In this document: positions 40,061-52,112 of the stretch, piece after piece
Layout: the number at the start of each line of letters is the position of its first letter
Numbering within the stretch: position 1 is the first letter of the stretch
From: Raja brachyura
Lineage: Eukaryota
Assembly: GCA_963514005.1 (NCBI GenBank)
Contig: OY740782.1
Location: forward strand, 76,198,001-76,262,000
Length of the DNA: 64,000 nucleotides
Direction of reading: 5' to 3'
Translations under genes and position numbers: made by a program
The notes under the pieces: model-generated
What the model was told of the DNA's origin: nothing
Database searches by the model: none
The model's input: only the letters and a program-made list of their open reading frames with translations

Positions 40061-40611
40061 TTAGGAGCTAAGTTAGTCTCTGCAGGACTGCTCTGATTTC
40101 TGACCTGTCCTTGTAGCCACGGTATTAAGGGGTCCTGACTGATATAGTTTCTTGCCAATGTTCACCCCCAGGATATTGATAGATGAGGCCCCAGTGATTA
40201 TAATGTCACTGAATGTTAAGAGAAGGGTGGTTAGAATTTCATTTTCTGCAAATCCCCATTACCTGGCACTTTTCTGGCACAAATGTGACTTGCCACTATT
40301 TAGCCCATGCCTGAATGTTGGCTAAGTCTTATGGGCCTGTCCCACTTAGGCGATTTTTCAGCGGACTACCGGCGAATGTCAAGTTGCCGGCAGTTGCCTG
40401 AAAAACCGGGAACTGGAACGGCGACTGTCAGAGTGGAACACACACACACACACACACATAGACAAACACATCGCAAAGGCGGGGGCCTGGGCAAGGGGGG
40501 GGAGCGCTGTCTAAAATTTACATGGTGCAAAGCCAAGATGATACAGACACACACTGCGATGAACAGGAAAATTGGCCCTGTAATTAAAACGGCTAGCACA
40601 GTGTACGGTAA

Positions 40612-41267
40612 AGGGCCTGTCCCACTTACGCGACCTCATGGTCACGTTGAGCCGCGATGGTCTCGCGAAGGTCGCACGCGATTTTATTCGACCGCACACC
40701 CGTCTGGAGCGTGTGACGTCATTTGAAGAGGACACAAAATGCTGGAGTAACACAGCGGGACTGGCAGCATCTCTGGAGAGAAGGAATGGGTGATGTTTCG
40801 TGTTGAGACCCTTCTTCAGTCTGAAAGAAGGGTTTTGACCCGAAATGTCACCATTGCTTCTCTCCAGAGATGCTGCCGGTGCTGCCGAGTTACTCCAGAA
40901 TTTTGTGTCTATCCTCAATTATCTTGGCCCCACTCTGGGAGTAGAAGTGGGGGCGGATCCGGACTGCAATGGCTGTGAGCCCCAGGCTGAGCTCGGTGAT
41001 CGATTGCCTTCTTCTGCTGCAGTTGGAAGTAAGATGTTGCGTCGCGCCAGGGTCTTGTGCCTGTCGTACTTTGGCCGTCAGTTACGTGACAGGCCGTTGG
41101 CGCACGAAGATTTTGTTTGCTACAAAAATTTCCGAGCGCCGCACGATGTTGCGCACAACTACATACCCCTCCGTGCTTCTCAGTGGGACCGGCTCTGTGC
41201 GGCCATATGATGCCCGTGCGCCTCAATGCGACGATGAGGTTGCGTAATTTGCGTGCCAAGTCACCCT
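40612..41267. mobile_element. Second Harbinger-type MITE nested in the previous one
   Basis: TAA|AGGGCCTGTCCCACTTACG ... CCCT|TAA. CpG-rich; the right TIR is partly deleted. Confidence 0.75.
40724..40917. mobile_element. Palindromic PLE-derived hammerhead-type repeat
   Basis: Two ~95-bp inverted arms, GACACAAAATGCTGGAGTAAC...CTTCAG-T-CTGAA...GTTACTCCAGAATTTTGTGTC. Confidence 0.85.
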
Positions 41268-41280
41268 TAAGACCTTTAAA

Positions 41281-41358
41281 AGAAGGGGGGAGAGAGAAGC
41301 GGGGAGAAGGGGGGAGAAGAGGGGAGAAGGGGGGAGAAGGGGGAAGAAGGAGTGGAGA
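41281..41358 (+). repeat. Purine-only low-complexity tract, (GGGGAGAAG)n-like
   Basis: Read directly; lies within the MITE. Confidence 0.9.
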
Positions 41359-41654
41359 CAACTTTTAAGAAGCCAGAAAACTTTTAATAAGCCAGAGATA
41401 CACAGATGTGAAGTTCGCTGGACATTTAACATTACTGGTCGGTTATCCTTGGTTCTGAAAACTCTTGCTTACGTTCTATTTTCCCAATGAGCCAATGAAA
41501 ATGACCGGTCAGCAAAGGCAATTAACTAAATCTACCTACGACTACCTTGTCTACCTACAACTACATGGTGACCCCACTACAACTGCACCTACGACTACAG
41601 GATTATCGATTATCTCCATGGCAACCAATTTTTGGTTGCAGAAAATTTGTATAC

Positions 41655-43205
41655 TGGTGTTTAGTTGTCAAGTTTTTTCTTTATAGCCCTTCTTAAATAT
41701 GGGCACAAATTAGCCCCCCTCACCCATATTTAACAATGATTCATATATCTCAGCCAGGGATCCTACAATTTGTTCTTTGGCTTCCTCCAATGTGCTTGTA
41801 TATGCCTGTTCAGGCCAAGGAGATTTATCTACTTTCATTAATTTTAGGACATCCAGCACCTCTTTGACTGTAATACTGACTATCCTCAAGATATTGCTAT
41901 TGACTTTCCCAAACTCCCCAGTCTTCATATCTTTCTCTGTGGTAAAAGTAGAGGAGAAATACTCATTGATAACCTTGCCCATTTCCTGCAGCCTCACACA
42001 TGTATAGATGATCGTTTCCGTGTCCAAGGGACCCTGCTCTCTCTCTAGTTACCTTTCCCCTCTTAATATACATAAAATCTCTTTGGATTCTCCTTATTTT
42101 AATCTGCCAATGGTCCCTTTTTGTCCCTCAGTCCCTTAAACTCTTCCAGAGATACATTTGATTGCAGCTGCCTATAACTGACCCAAGTCTCCTTCAATTT
42201 CCTGATCAGAGCCTCAATGTTCCTCATAATCTAATGTTCCTTACCTGCCTTGCCCTTCACTCTAATAAGAATATGCATGCCTTGAACTCTCACATTATTA
42301 AAAGCATCCCACTGTCCAAGCATCCATTTGTTAGCAAACAACATATTCCAATCAACTTTTGCAAGTTCCTGTCAAATACTTTCAAAGTTTGCCTTGTCCC
42401 AATTTGAACTTTAGCTTGTGGACCACCCTATCCTGATCCATAGCTATTTTAAAGCTAGTGGAACTGTGGTTGCTGATCCCAAAAGAACCACCCACCGACA
42501 TTTCAGTCATTTGCCCTACCCACTTCAACAAGAATAGGTCAAGCTAGGACCTTGCCCTTGTAGAGCTCTCTACATATTGTGTGAGGAAACCTTTCTGAAC
42601 ACACTTAACAAATTTTACCCCATCTAAGCTCTTGGAACAATGGCAGTTCCAGCCCATATTGGGAAAGTTAATATCCTTTAATATGGCAACCTTATTAGTC
42701 TTGCAACTGCCTTCAATCTCACCATACTTGTTCCTCTAATTCCCGTTGACTATTTGGGGGCCTGTCGTCCAATTGCAGTAAGGTGATCATCCTCTTTTTA
42801 TTTCTCACCTCCACCCATAGTGCCTCACACAATGCTCCCACAGTAATGTCATCTTGGACTACTGCCATGATCGTCTCTCTAAACCACAATGCAAATCTCC
42901 ATCCTCTTTTATCCTCACCTCTATCTTGCCTGTAGCACCTGTACCCTGGAGCATTACGCTGCCAGTCCTGTCCCTCCGAAGGTTCTGTAATGGCTATAAT
43001 GTCCCAACCACATGCACCTGTCCATGGCTCGAGTTCATCCACTTTACCTGTCTGGCTTCTTGCATTGAAATAAATGTAATTTAATCCAACTGTCTTTCCT
43101 TGCTCCTTGTTTCTGTCTGCCCTGTCAACTGAACTTAGTATCATTCCAGCCGTCCTCACCACTCAGTATTGCATTGGATCTCGTCACCCTGCCAATCTAG
43201 TTTAA
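41655..43205 (-). mobile_element. Old CR1 LINE ORF2 5' portion (endonuclease to RT start)
   Basis: Minus fragments YFNARS.TGKVDEL...WDIIAITE, RPPNS and INEYFSSTFT...KVDKSPWP, with many stops. Confidence 0.82.
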
Positions 43206-43296
43206 TTTGTAGGTAGCAGTGCTTTTGCTGTTATGGCACAGCATGTTACAGGTGTACCTAGTTCTAGAGCGTGTGTTTTTAAGTTTTGCAACAAGG

Positions 43297-43380
43297 AAAC
43301 TGACTAGTCCATCGTCTTTTCTGTATCCAGTACTCAGTTGAGAGTACTGGATACAGAAAAGATGATGGACTAGTCAGTTT
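43297..43380. repeat. Near-perfect inverted repeat (39-bp arms, 6-nt loop)
   Basis: AAACTGACTAGTCCATCGTCTTTTCTGTATCCAGTACTC-AGTTGA-GAGTACTGGATACAGAAAAGATGATGGACTAGTCAGTTT, with one G:T pair. Confidence 0.97.
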
Positions 43381-44789
43381 GGCTTTGGAGTGAATTGGGT
43401 TTCATGTTGAGTGAATTGATTTGGTTGTAGACTGGGAATCTCAGGAAGAAGTTAAGGTGGTTCATCAGCTCCTCCCTTGGTATAAACAATATAATCAAAC
43501 CTCGAGTTCCAGCCCCCTTCGTCATCTTGGAAATAAAACCCAACATATGTCGATAAATTAAATGATCAAAATTGTCGTTTTTCTGTTGTATGTAGCAGCA
43601 CATTTTGGAGAGCAAATTAGACACAGTGTGAATGATAACACAATTGTGTACAACCCAGACTCAAATGCAGCTGAATTTAAAAGCTGCAGTATCATTACGG
43701 ACTCCCTAAGGTACAAGACTGGCACCAAGCAACAATTTGTAGACAGTGTCATAATTTGCTTTTATCAAGACAGTATCTATGTGTAATTGATTGCACTGTG
43801 AAACTTTAACTAGATATGTTAAGGTAAAATATTACCAGTGGACGCCACACACTTCTGGGCATAAAACAGAACTATGTCATGTACGTATAAATAGACTTTG
43901 GAATGAGTTTAGGTCTTTTGGCAGGTCATATAACAGAAGAACAGTAAAGGAACTAGTAGGGAGCCCAAAGGAACACCAGCGTCAATCACATCACTGTTAG
44001 AGGATAATCCATTAAAAGCAGCTCTTTTAAGTCATCTCCTAAGACAAGATTGAACCCATTTCACTTTATTATTCGATAGGCAACTTTCATGCACTTTATT
44101 GCTAAGTATGTTATGACTGGCTGTGTCAAAAGCCATTTAGATTTTAAAATATTATTCCCTATAAGTTAACTCAGTCAATACTGTTGTAAATTTGGCTAAT
44201 AAATTCAAGCAAAGGTCTGCTCAAGTAATATTTAGCCGAAAAATTGACAGCTACATCCCAAAATACTTTGCATTTTATTGGTTAGATGAAGCATGGAGCC
44301 TGCAGAATATCCAACAGACAGGTTGGACAGAGTAGCATATGATTAATAAAGACTTTGACTTTATGCCTGTAGCTCACATATTCTAAACAAAACATACTGA
44401 TTTTCTTTTAGTGTATAGCAGTTTAAATTAGAAATAAAAATTAATGATAATCTTTATGGATAAATGGCTGTATCATTTGCTAATACCATTGAGTTAAAAT
44501 CTAGGAGCAAAAATAATGAGTTTCTGTCATCGTGAGTGTCAGTTCAGGAGCTACGTATTTGGTTGGAGATCTCCTGGTCTTTGGTTGCCATGTTAGGATA
44601 ACAAATACTGAATGGGGCTGAATTTTAAGCATCTAATCATTGTTGAATGATTGAATAACACAATCACTTAATTATATCTGTATTCTATAACATTGGATCC
44701 AATAGAATTGGATTACAATTGAGCAATACAACCATTGAAAATAATTATATGAATTCATACTTTTATTGAGAATTGGGAAGCAAAGATGA

Positions 44790-45045
44790 GCAGACATTTT
44801 CACTTAAAGGGTGATGGTAGATGGAATAAACTGTTACAAGAGATAGATCAGCTGACAGACCAGCTGTCATGAGACAGGTATGATAACAACATTTAAAAGA
44901 CACTTGGACAGATATGTGGGTAGGAAACGTTTGGAGGGTTATGTGCCAAACCTGGGCAATGGGTCCAGCTTAGATGGGGCATCTTGGTTGGCATGGAAGA
45001 GTTGGGTTAAAGTGTTTTCGCATGGCATTTATGCTATGATTCTAT
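44790..45045 (+). mobile_element. Old CR1 3' end fragment
   Basis: TTTTCAC...GGGTGATGGTAGATGGAATAAACTG...ACATTTAAAAGACACTTGGACAG matches CR1 ORF2 terminus (FF.QRVV..WN.LP...FK..LD). Confidence 0.7.
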
Positions 45046-45571
45046 AACATTCAGGCAGAAAACAGAAATGCTCGAAGAACTCTGCCAGTAGAGCAACATC
45101 TGTGGAAAGAGAAACCAGTTAATATTTCAGGTTGAAGACACATCAGAACTGACAATTAATTTATCAGAACTGATGGCCTTTAAAACTTCAGTTGCATGTG
45201 ATTCTTTGCTGATAAAGATATCTGGACAAATAATTTACCTATATTTATCAATGCTGGTTAATTGAAGCTGTTATTATAATGTTGTCTGGAGTAAAAGAGG
45301 GAATGTTTATAATAAAATAATAATATGCATTCCACATCAAGTGTAGATTAAGACGAAAAAAATGCACAGAACATATCAGCCATTATGCTTTGTTGTAACT
45401 TCTACTTTTGCAAAAACAAAAATGCAAGAATAACTCATTTATCTTGGCATTTAAAATGCTTGAGCCTCTTTCTCCAAGATGTTCTGTGAATAATTATGTA
45501 TTAGAATTCCATTTGGTAGATTTAGAGTTATAGTGTCACTGAATCATACATCAGGAAACAGTCTCTTCAAA

Positions 45572-47160
45572 CTGAAGATAGACACAACATTGCTGGAGTA
45601 ACTCAGTGGGACAAGCAGCATCTGTGGAGAGAATGGACATAACACATTTCGGGTTGGGAACTTTCTTCAGCCTCAGAAATATCAGTCTGAATGAACATCA
45701 GTCCGAAGAAGGGTTCTGACCCTAAACGTCGTCTGCCCATTTGGATAGCAGTAACAGGATCGGTCCGAGTCAGCATGGATTTACGAAGGGGAAATCATGC
45801 TTGACTAATCTTCTGGAATTTTTTGAAGATGTAACGAGGAAAATGGACAAGGGAGAGCCAGTGGATGTAGTGTACCTGGACTTTCAGAAAGCATGTGATA
45901 AGGTCCCACATAGGAGGTTAGTGGGCAACATTAGGGCACATGGTATTGGGGGTAGAGTGCTAACATGGATAGAGAAGTGGTTGGCAGACAGGAAACAAAA
46001 AGTAGGCATTAACGGGTCCCTTTCAGAATGGCAGGCAGTGACTAGTGGGGTACCTCAAGGCTCGGTGCTGGGACAGCAGCTATTTACAATATACATCAAT
46101 GATTTGGATGAAGGGATTCAAAGTAACATTAGCAAATTTGCAGATGACACAAAGCTGGGTGGCAGTGTGAACTGTGAGCAGGATGCTATGAGAATGCAGG
46201 GTGACTTGAACAGGTTGGGGGAGTGGGCAGATGCATGGCAGATGAAGTTTAATGCGGATAAATGTGAGGTTATCCACTTTGGTAGCACAAACAGGAAGGC
46301 AGATTACTATCTAAATGGCGTCATGTTTGGAAAAGGGGAAGTACAATGGGATCTGGGGGTCCTTGTACATCAGTCTATGAAAGTAAGCATGCAGGTACAG
46401 CAGGCAGTGAAGAAAGCGAATGGCATGTTGGCCTTTATAACAAGAGGAATCAAATATAGGAGCAAAGAGGTCCTTCTGCAGTTGTACAGAGCCCTAGTGA
46501 GACCACACCTGGAGTATTGTGTGCAGTTTTGGTCACCTAATTTGAGGAAGGACATTCTTGCTATTGAGGGAGTGCAGCGTAGGTTTACAAGGTTAATTCC
46601 CGGGATGGCGGGACTGTCATATGCTCAGAGAATGGAGCAGCTGGGCTTGTACACTCTGGAGTTTAGAAGGATGAGAGAGATCTCATTGAAACATATAAGG
46701 CTTTTAAGGGCTTGGACACACTAGAGGCAGGGAACATGTTCCCGATGTTGGGGGAGTCCAGAACCAGGGGCCACAGTTTAAGAATAAGAAGTAAGCCATT
46801 TAGAACGGAGACGAAGAAACACTTTTTCTCACAGAGAGTGGTGAGTGTGGAATTCTCTGCCTCAGAGGGCGGTGGAGGCAGGTTCTCTGGATGCTTTCAA
46901 GAGAGAACTAGATAGGGCTCTTAAAAATAGCGAAGTCAGGGGATATGGGGAGAAGGCAGGAACGGGGTACTGATTGGGAATGATCAGCCATGATCACATT
47001 GAAGGATGGCTCGAAGGGCCAAATGGCCTACTCCTGCACCTATTGTCTATTGTATATAGTCTGTTGTCCATTCCCTCCACAGATGCTGCCTGACCTGCTG
47101 AGTTCCTCCCACACTTTGTTTATTGCTCAAGATTCCAGCATCTGCCGTTTCTTGCTCTCC
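45572..47160. mobile_element. Inverted pair of PLE-derived repeats split by a CR1 insertion
   Basis: Minus arm 45572-45670. The plus arm begins CAGTCCGAAGAAGGGTTCTGACCCTAAACGTC (~45700) and resumes at ~47060 with TGTCCATTCCCTCCACAGATGCTGCC. Confidence 0.75.
45738..47056 (+). mobile_element. CR1 LINE, 5'-truncated, with long RT ORF
   Basis: ORF 45741-46724: SQHGFTKGKSCLTNL, YLDFQKA, GVPQGSVLG, KFADD. Frameshift near 46680; CTATTGT tail. Confidence 0.95.
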
Positions 47161-47249
47161 TATTTATACTAATTGTACACAAACCACTTTATTCTCCCTA
47201 TACTGCAATCAACCAATCATCTCACTCCATATCATACCACTTACTATGG

Positions 47250-47442
47250 AGCAGGGACAAATTACACTGGCCAATTAACCTACATCTTTGAGATATGGCA
47301 AGAAACTGAGGCACTTTGAGGAAGCTCACATATTCACAGAGAAAATGTGCAAACTCCATAGAGACAGCACCTGAGGTCGGGATTGAATCTGGATTGCTGG
47401 CACTATGAAACAGCACCCATATAAACTGTCCCCTGTCCCACT
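47250..47442 (-). mobile_element. tRNA-derived V-SINE/HE1-like SINE
   Basis: TGCAAACTCCATAGAGACAGCACCTGAGGTCGGGATTGAATCTGG is the reverse complement of the B-box plus central domain. Confidence 0.75.
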
Positions 47443-47766
47443 CTTTCTTCATTAATTAATTTGTTTCCATATTTTCTTCTTAAGAAATGCTTAATTTCTT
47501 CTTCTCTTATCCAATAATGTTTCATGGGGGATAATTTGTGCATTTTGAAAAAAATATTTTTTCTGAAATGCAATTTTCATTTTGCAATATTTAGTCCAAA
47601 GGCGGTGAAATCTTCCTCCTTTAACGTACACAACCTTACCACAAATTTGAAATTTCTTCATCATCATATTCCTGCAAAAAGGCATGCACAAGATAATGAG
47701 TCGTAATGTCTTTTAAAAGTCAAATTGAATGGGGTCCTATAGCTTCCTCTGGCAGCTCATTCAAGA

Positions 47767-50540
47767 TAATATTCAATTCAATTCAATTCAAACTTTAATT
47801 GTCATTGTGCAGTGTACAATACAGAGACAACAAAATGCAGTTGGTATCTCCGAAGGGCGAACTTACGAAAATAAACAAGTAATTGCGCAGTAGTATGAGT
47901 ATATACATCTATACATATACAGTGGTATCCGTGCAATTTGCTGGTGATTGGATAGTCCGGAGGGGGGGGAGGGGAGGGGTGGAGACAGGCAGTCATTCAG
48001 GTGCAGCATTGAGAAGTGTGACAGCCGCAGGGAAGAAGCTGTTCTTGAGCCTGCTGGTACAGCAGCGGAGGGACCTGTAGCTTCTCCCGGATGGGAGGAG
48101 GGTAAACAGTCTATGATTGGGGAGTGAGCTGTCCCTGGCGATGCTGTGCGCCCTGCGCAGGCATCGTTTACTATGGGCAGACTCAATGGAGGGGAGTGAG
48201 GAGCCTGTGATGAGTTGGGCGATCTTCACCACCCTCTGCAGGGCTTTCCGGTCGGCGACAGAGCAGTTACCATACCATACTGTGATGCAGTTGGTAAGGA
48301 TGCTCTCGGTGGTGCAGCGGTAGAAGTTCACCAGAATCTGGAGAGACAGGTGGACCTTCTTAAGTCTCCTCAGGAAGAAGAGACGCTGGTGAGCCTTGAC
48401 CAGTGTAGAGGTATTGTGGGTCCAGGAGAGGTCATCGGAGATGTTGACCCCCCAGGAACCTGAAGCTGGAGGCACGTTCCACCTCCGTCCCGTTGATATG
48501 GATGGGGGTGTGCGTGCAGCCTCTCGATCTCCTGAAGTCCACAATGAGCTCCTTGGTCTTCTTGGAGTTGAGGGCCTGGTTATTGTCGGCACACCATGCT
48601 GTTAGGAGCTGAACCTCCTCCCTGTAGGCCGACTCATCGTTGTCGCTGATGAGGCCAATCACCGTTGTGTCATCTGCATACTTGATGATGGTGTTGGTAC
48701 CACGTACAGGTATGCAGTTGTAGGTGAAGAGGGAGTAGAGGAGGGGGCTCAGCACGCAGCCCTGGGGTACGCCAGTGTTCAGGGTGAGGGTAGAAGAGGA
48801 GTGGTTTTCCAACCTAACAGACTGTGGTCTGTTGGTTGGAAAATCCAGTAACCAATTGCAGAGGGAGGGGTTGATGCCCAGGTCATCAAGTTTGGCAATC
48901 AATTTAGAGGGGATAATGGTGTTGAATGCTGAGCTGTAGTCGATGAACAGCATTCTCACATTAGTGTTTCTGTTGTCGAGGTGGGAGAGGGCGGAGTGGA
49001 GTGCCGTTGAGATGGCATTTTCCGTGCTCCTGTTCTTGCGGTATGCAAACTGGTAGGGGTCCAGAGTGGGAGGTAGGCAGCATTTGAGGTGTGCCATGAC
49101 CAGCCTTTCAACGCACTTGGCGATGATAGGGGTGAGTGCAACTGGGCGGAAGTCGTTGAGGCTCGCCTCAGTGGAGTGTTTTGGCACTGGCACGATGGAG
49201 ATAGTTTTAAGGCATGTGGGGACAACTGCCTGGGCAAGTGACAGGTTGAAGATGTCAGTCCAGACGTCTGTCAGCTGTGCAGCACAGGTCCTGAGGACGC
49301 GCCCGGGGATGCCGTCAGGGCCGGCAGCCTTACGTACATTGATCCTACTCAGTGCCATGTGCACGTCGTAGGGGTTGAGGGTGAGGGGCTGGTGGTCATC
49401 GGGGAGCACAGCCTTGATGGCCAACTCTTGGTTGTCCCTTTCAAAGCGGCCATAAAAGTGATTGAGTTCCTCGAGGAAGGATGCGTCGCTGGAAGTGGGG
49501 GTGGAGTTGGTGACTCTGTAGTCAGTGATGGCCTGGATGCCATGCCACATGCGTCGGGGGTCGGAGTTGCTGTCGAAGTACTTGTATCTGTGTTTGGCGT
49601 TCTTGATTCCCCTCTTCAGATTGGCCCTCGATGAACTATAGGCACGGGCGTCGCCTGACCTGAAAGCCGCGTCTCGTGCTTTCAGCAGTAACCTGACCTC
49701 GCTGTTCATCCATGGCTTCTGATTCGGGTATGTGGTGATTTGTTTGAGAGTGGTGACACTGTTGATGGAGGAGTTGATGAAGTCCAGAACAGAGGAAGTA
49801 TAGGCGTCAATGTCAGTGTGGGAGTCAAGGGTGGCCTGAGCTGCAAACGCATCCCAGTCAGTGTTACCAAAACGCTGCTCGAGTGTGGAGTCCGCTTCAT
49901 CTGACCAAACTTTAACTGTCCTCACTGTGGGTTTAACGCGTCTGATGAGTGGGGAGTACTTAGGGAGCAGGAACAATGATAAGTGATCAGACTGACCAAG
50001 GTGGGGGAGGGGGATGGCTTTGTAGGCTTCAGCCATATTTGTGTAGACTTTGTCCAGTGTCTTGTTCTCTCTAGTGGCGAAGGAGACATGTTGGTGGAAT
50101 TTGGGGAGTACAGTCTTCAGGTTGGAGTGATTGAAGTCACCCGCAACAATGAAGGCTGCGTCTGTATTGAGGGTCAGTTGTTTGCTAATGGCAATATGCA
50201 GTTCTTTCATTGCAAGCTTGGCATTAGCATCAGGAGGGATATAGGCTGCAGTCACAACAGTGGAGGTTCTCGGGCTCGTCCCCGTCTGTGTGCGCCTCCG
50301 GACGCCCGGGCCGACGGTGCGGTCCTCAGGTCTACCGCCCAGCAGCTCTGCAGATTCGCCGCCCCGTAGCTCTGCGGATCCGCCGCCCCGTAGATCCGTG
50401 GTGAATGTGAGTGCAGGAGGGAGCCGGAGTTCGTCCAGAAAGTCGACCGGGGGAACGCTATAGCCGCAGGAACCGTGATTTAAAAGTTCCTGCCGGCTAT
50501 AGTGGATGATAGAGAGACTGCTCCAGAAGATACGTACTTC
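47767..50540 (-). mobile_element. Rex1/Babar-clade LINE, near full-length, with internal deletion
   Basis: 607-aa ORF ([42 protein letters not shown]). Frameshift near 48450; (GAATT)n tail at 47767-47790. The reading frame extends upstream to ~50540. Confidence 0.93.
48432..50540 (-). pseudogene. Rex1/Babar ORF: N-terminal leader fused in frame to partial APE endonuclease + RT
   Basis: Manual translation EVRIFWSSLSIIHYSRQELLNHG...RRRTQTGTSPRTSTVVTAAYIPPDAN is continuous with track ORF 48432-50255. Confidence 0.85.
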
Positions 50541-50559
50541 TCTCTGAATAAAAACATTT

Positions 50560-51780
50560 CCCTGAGGCCCCTCTTAAAACTCTTTCCTCTCATCGTAAGC
50601 CTGTGTTCTTTAGTGTTAGAATCTTCTGTGCTGGGAAAATGACGTTGAGAATTCACTTATCCATAAGGTCACATCGTACGTAATAGGAGCAGAATTAGGC
50701 CATTTGGTCCATCAAGTCTACTCCTCCATTCAATCATGGCTAATCTAGCCCTCCCTCCTAAACTGATTCTGCTGTCTTCTCCCCATAACCCCTGTCATCC
50801 GTACTAATCAAGAATCTATCTATCTCTGCTTTAAACATATCAATTGACTTGGCCTCCACAGCTTTCTGTGGCAACGAATTCCACAAATTCACCACCCTCT
50901 GACAAAAGAAATTCCTTCTCATCTCCTTCCAAAAGGAACATTCTTTAATTCTGAGGCTATCACCTCTAGTTTTAGACTTTCCCACTAGTGGAAACATCCT
51001 CTCCACATCCACTCAATCCAAACCTTTCACTATTTGGTATGTTTCAATGAGGTCCCCCCTCATTCTTCTAAACTCCAGCGAGTACAGGCCCAGTGCCCTC
51101 AAACGCTCATGATAAGTTAACCCACTCATTCCTGGGATGATTCTTGTAAACCTCCTTTGAACCCTTTCCCGGGCCAGCACATCCTTCCTCAGATATGGTG
51201 CCCAAAATTGCTCGTCCTTCTCCAAATGCAGCCTGACAAGCGCCTTATCAGCATTATATCTCTGTTTTTGTATTTTAGCCCTCTTGATATCAATGCTAGC
51301 ACTGCGTTTGATTTTATTTACTACCGATTCGACTTACCGATTAACTTTTTGGGAATCCTGGACCAGTGCTAACAAGTCCCTTTGCACCTCCAATTTCTGG
51401 ATTCTCGCCTCATTTTGAAAATAGTCCACGTTTTTATTCCTACTACCAAATGCATAACTCCACACTTTGCAACACTATATTCTATCTGCCACTTCTCTGC
51501 CCACTCTCCCAACCTGTCCAACTCCTTCTGCAAGGACCCTGCTTTCTCTGCATTTAATGCCCCTCATAACCTTGTACTTCTCAATAAGGTCATTCCACAG
51601 CCTCCTGTAATCCAAAGAAAAACTCTGAGCCTATCCAATCACTCTATAACTCAAACTCACAAGCCCAGGTAACATCCTGGTGAATCTTTTCTGCACCCTT
51701 TCCAATGTAATTACACCCTTCCTATACTGGGTGACCAGAACTGTGCACGATATTCCAAGTGAGGTCTCACAAACAACTAG
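50560..51780 (-). mobile_element. Cluster of CR1 fragments (at least three pieces)
   Basis: Minus ORFs with QFWAPYLRKD, RRMRGDLIETY, FFCQRVVNLWNSLP and LERVQKRFTRMLPGL. Confidence 0.88.
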
Positions 51781-51789
51781 TACTGCTGC

Positions 51790-51950
51790 ATCGTGCTTCA
51801 CCACCCTGTGGAAGATATTGCCTGGTCCATCACAGATACTGACTTCCCCCACTTCGAAGGGCTTATAGAAGAAACTGCTTCAAAATACTGTGACTACCAG
51901 GTTCAAGAAAAGCACCTTCCCAACAACCATCAGTCTCTTGAACACACTCT
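51790..51950 (+). mobile_element. Degraded Rex-type LINE 3' fragment
   Basis: ACTACCAGGTTCAAGAAAAGCACCTTCCCAACAACCATCAGTCTCTTGAAC resembles TTRFKNSFFP.AIRLLN. Confidence 0.65.
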
Positions 51951-52112
51951 TGACACTTTGTCCATTTAACTCGCTACTTTTAGGGAAACATGCACCAGTT
52001 CTCCTAGACCACTTTAACATTCAGCATCTTCCAGGACTCCACCATTTACTATGTACTCCAGGTTTACTCCAGCCCTCCAGTAAACCTTCATTATAATGGA
52101 CCACGGAGGAGG

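Larger units (their letters stand above)
40332..41648. mobile_element. Harbinger-type MITE (family of 1233-1971), right end truncated, hosting nested insertions
   Basis: Left end TTA|TGGGCCTGTCCCACTTAGG. 40332-40611 and 41271-41648 align to the reverse complement of 1233-1971. Confidence 0.8.

Noticed and set aside
45741-46724. 327-aa RT ORF as a domesticated gene
   Set aside because: It is a 5'-truncated CR1 copy nearly identical to neighbouring copies, with a downstream frameshift and non-ATG start. Openness reflects young age.
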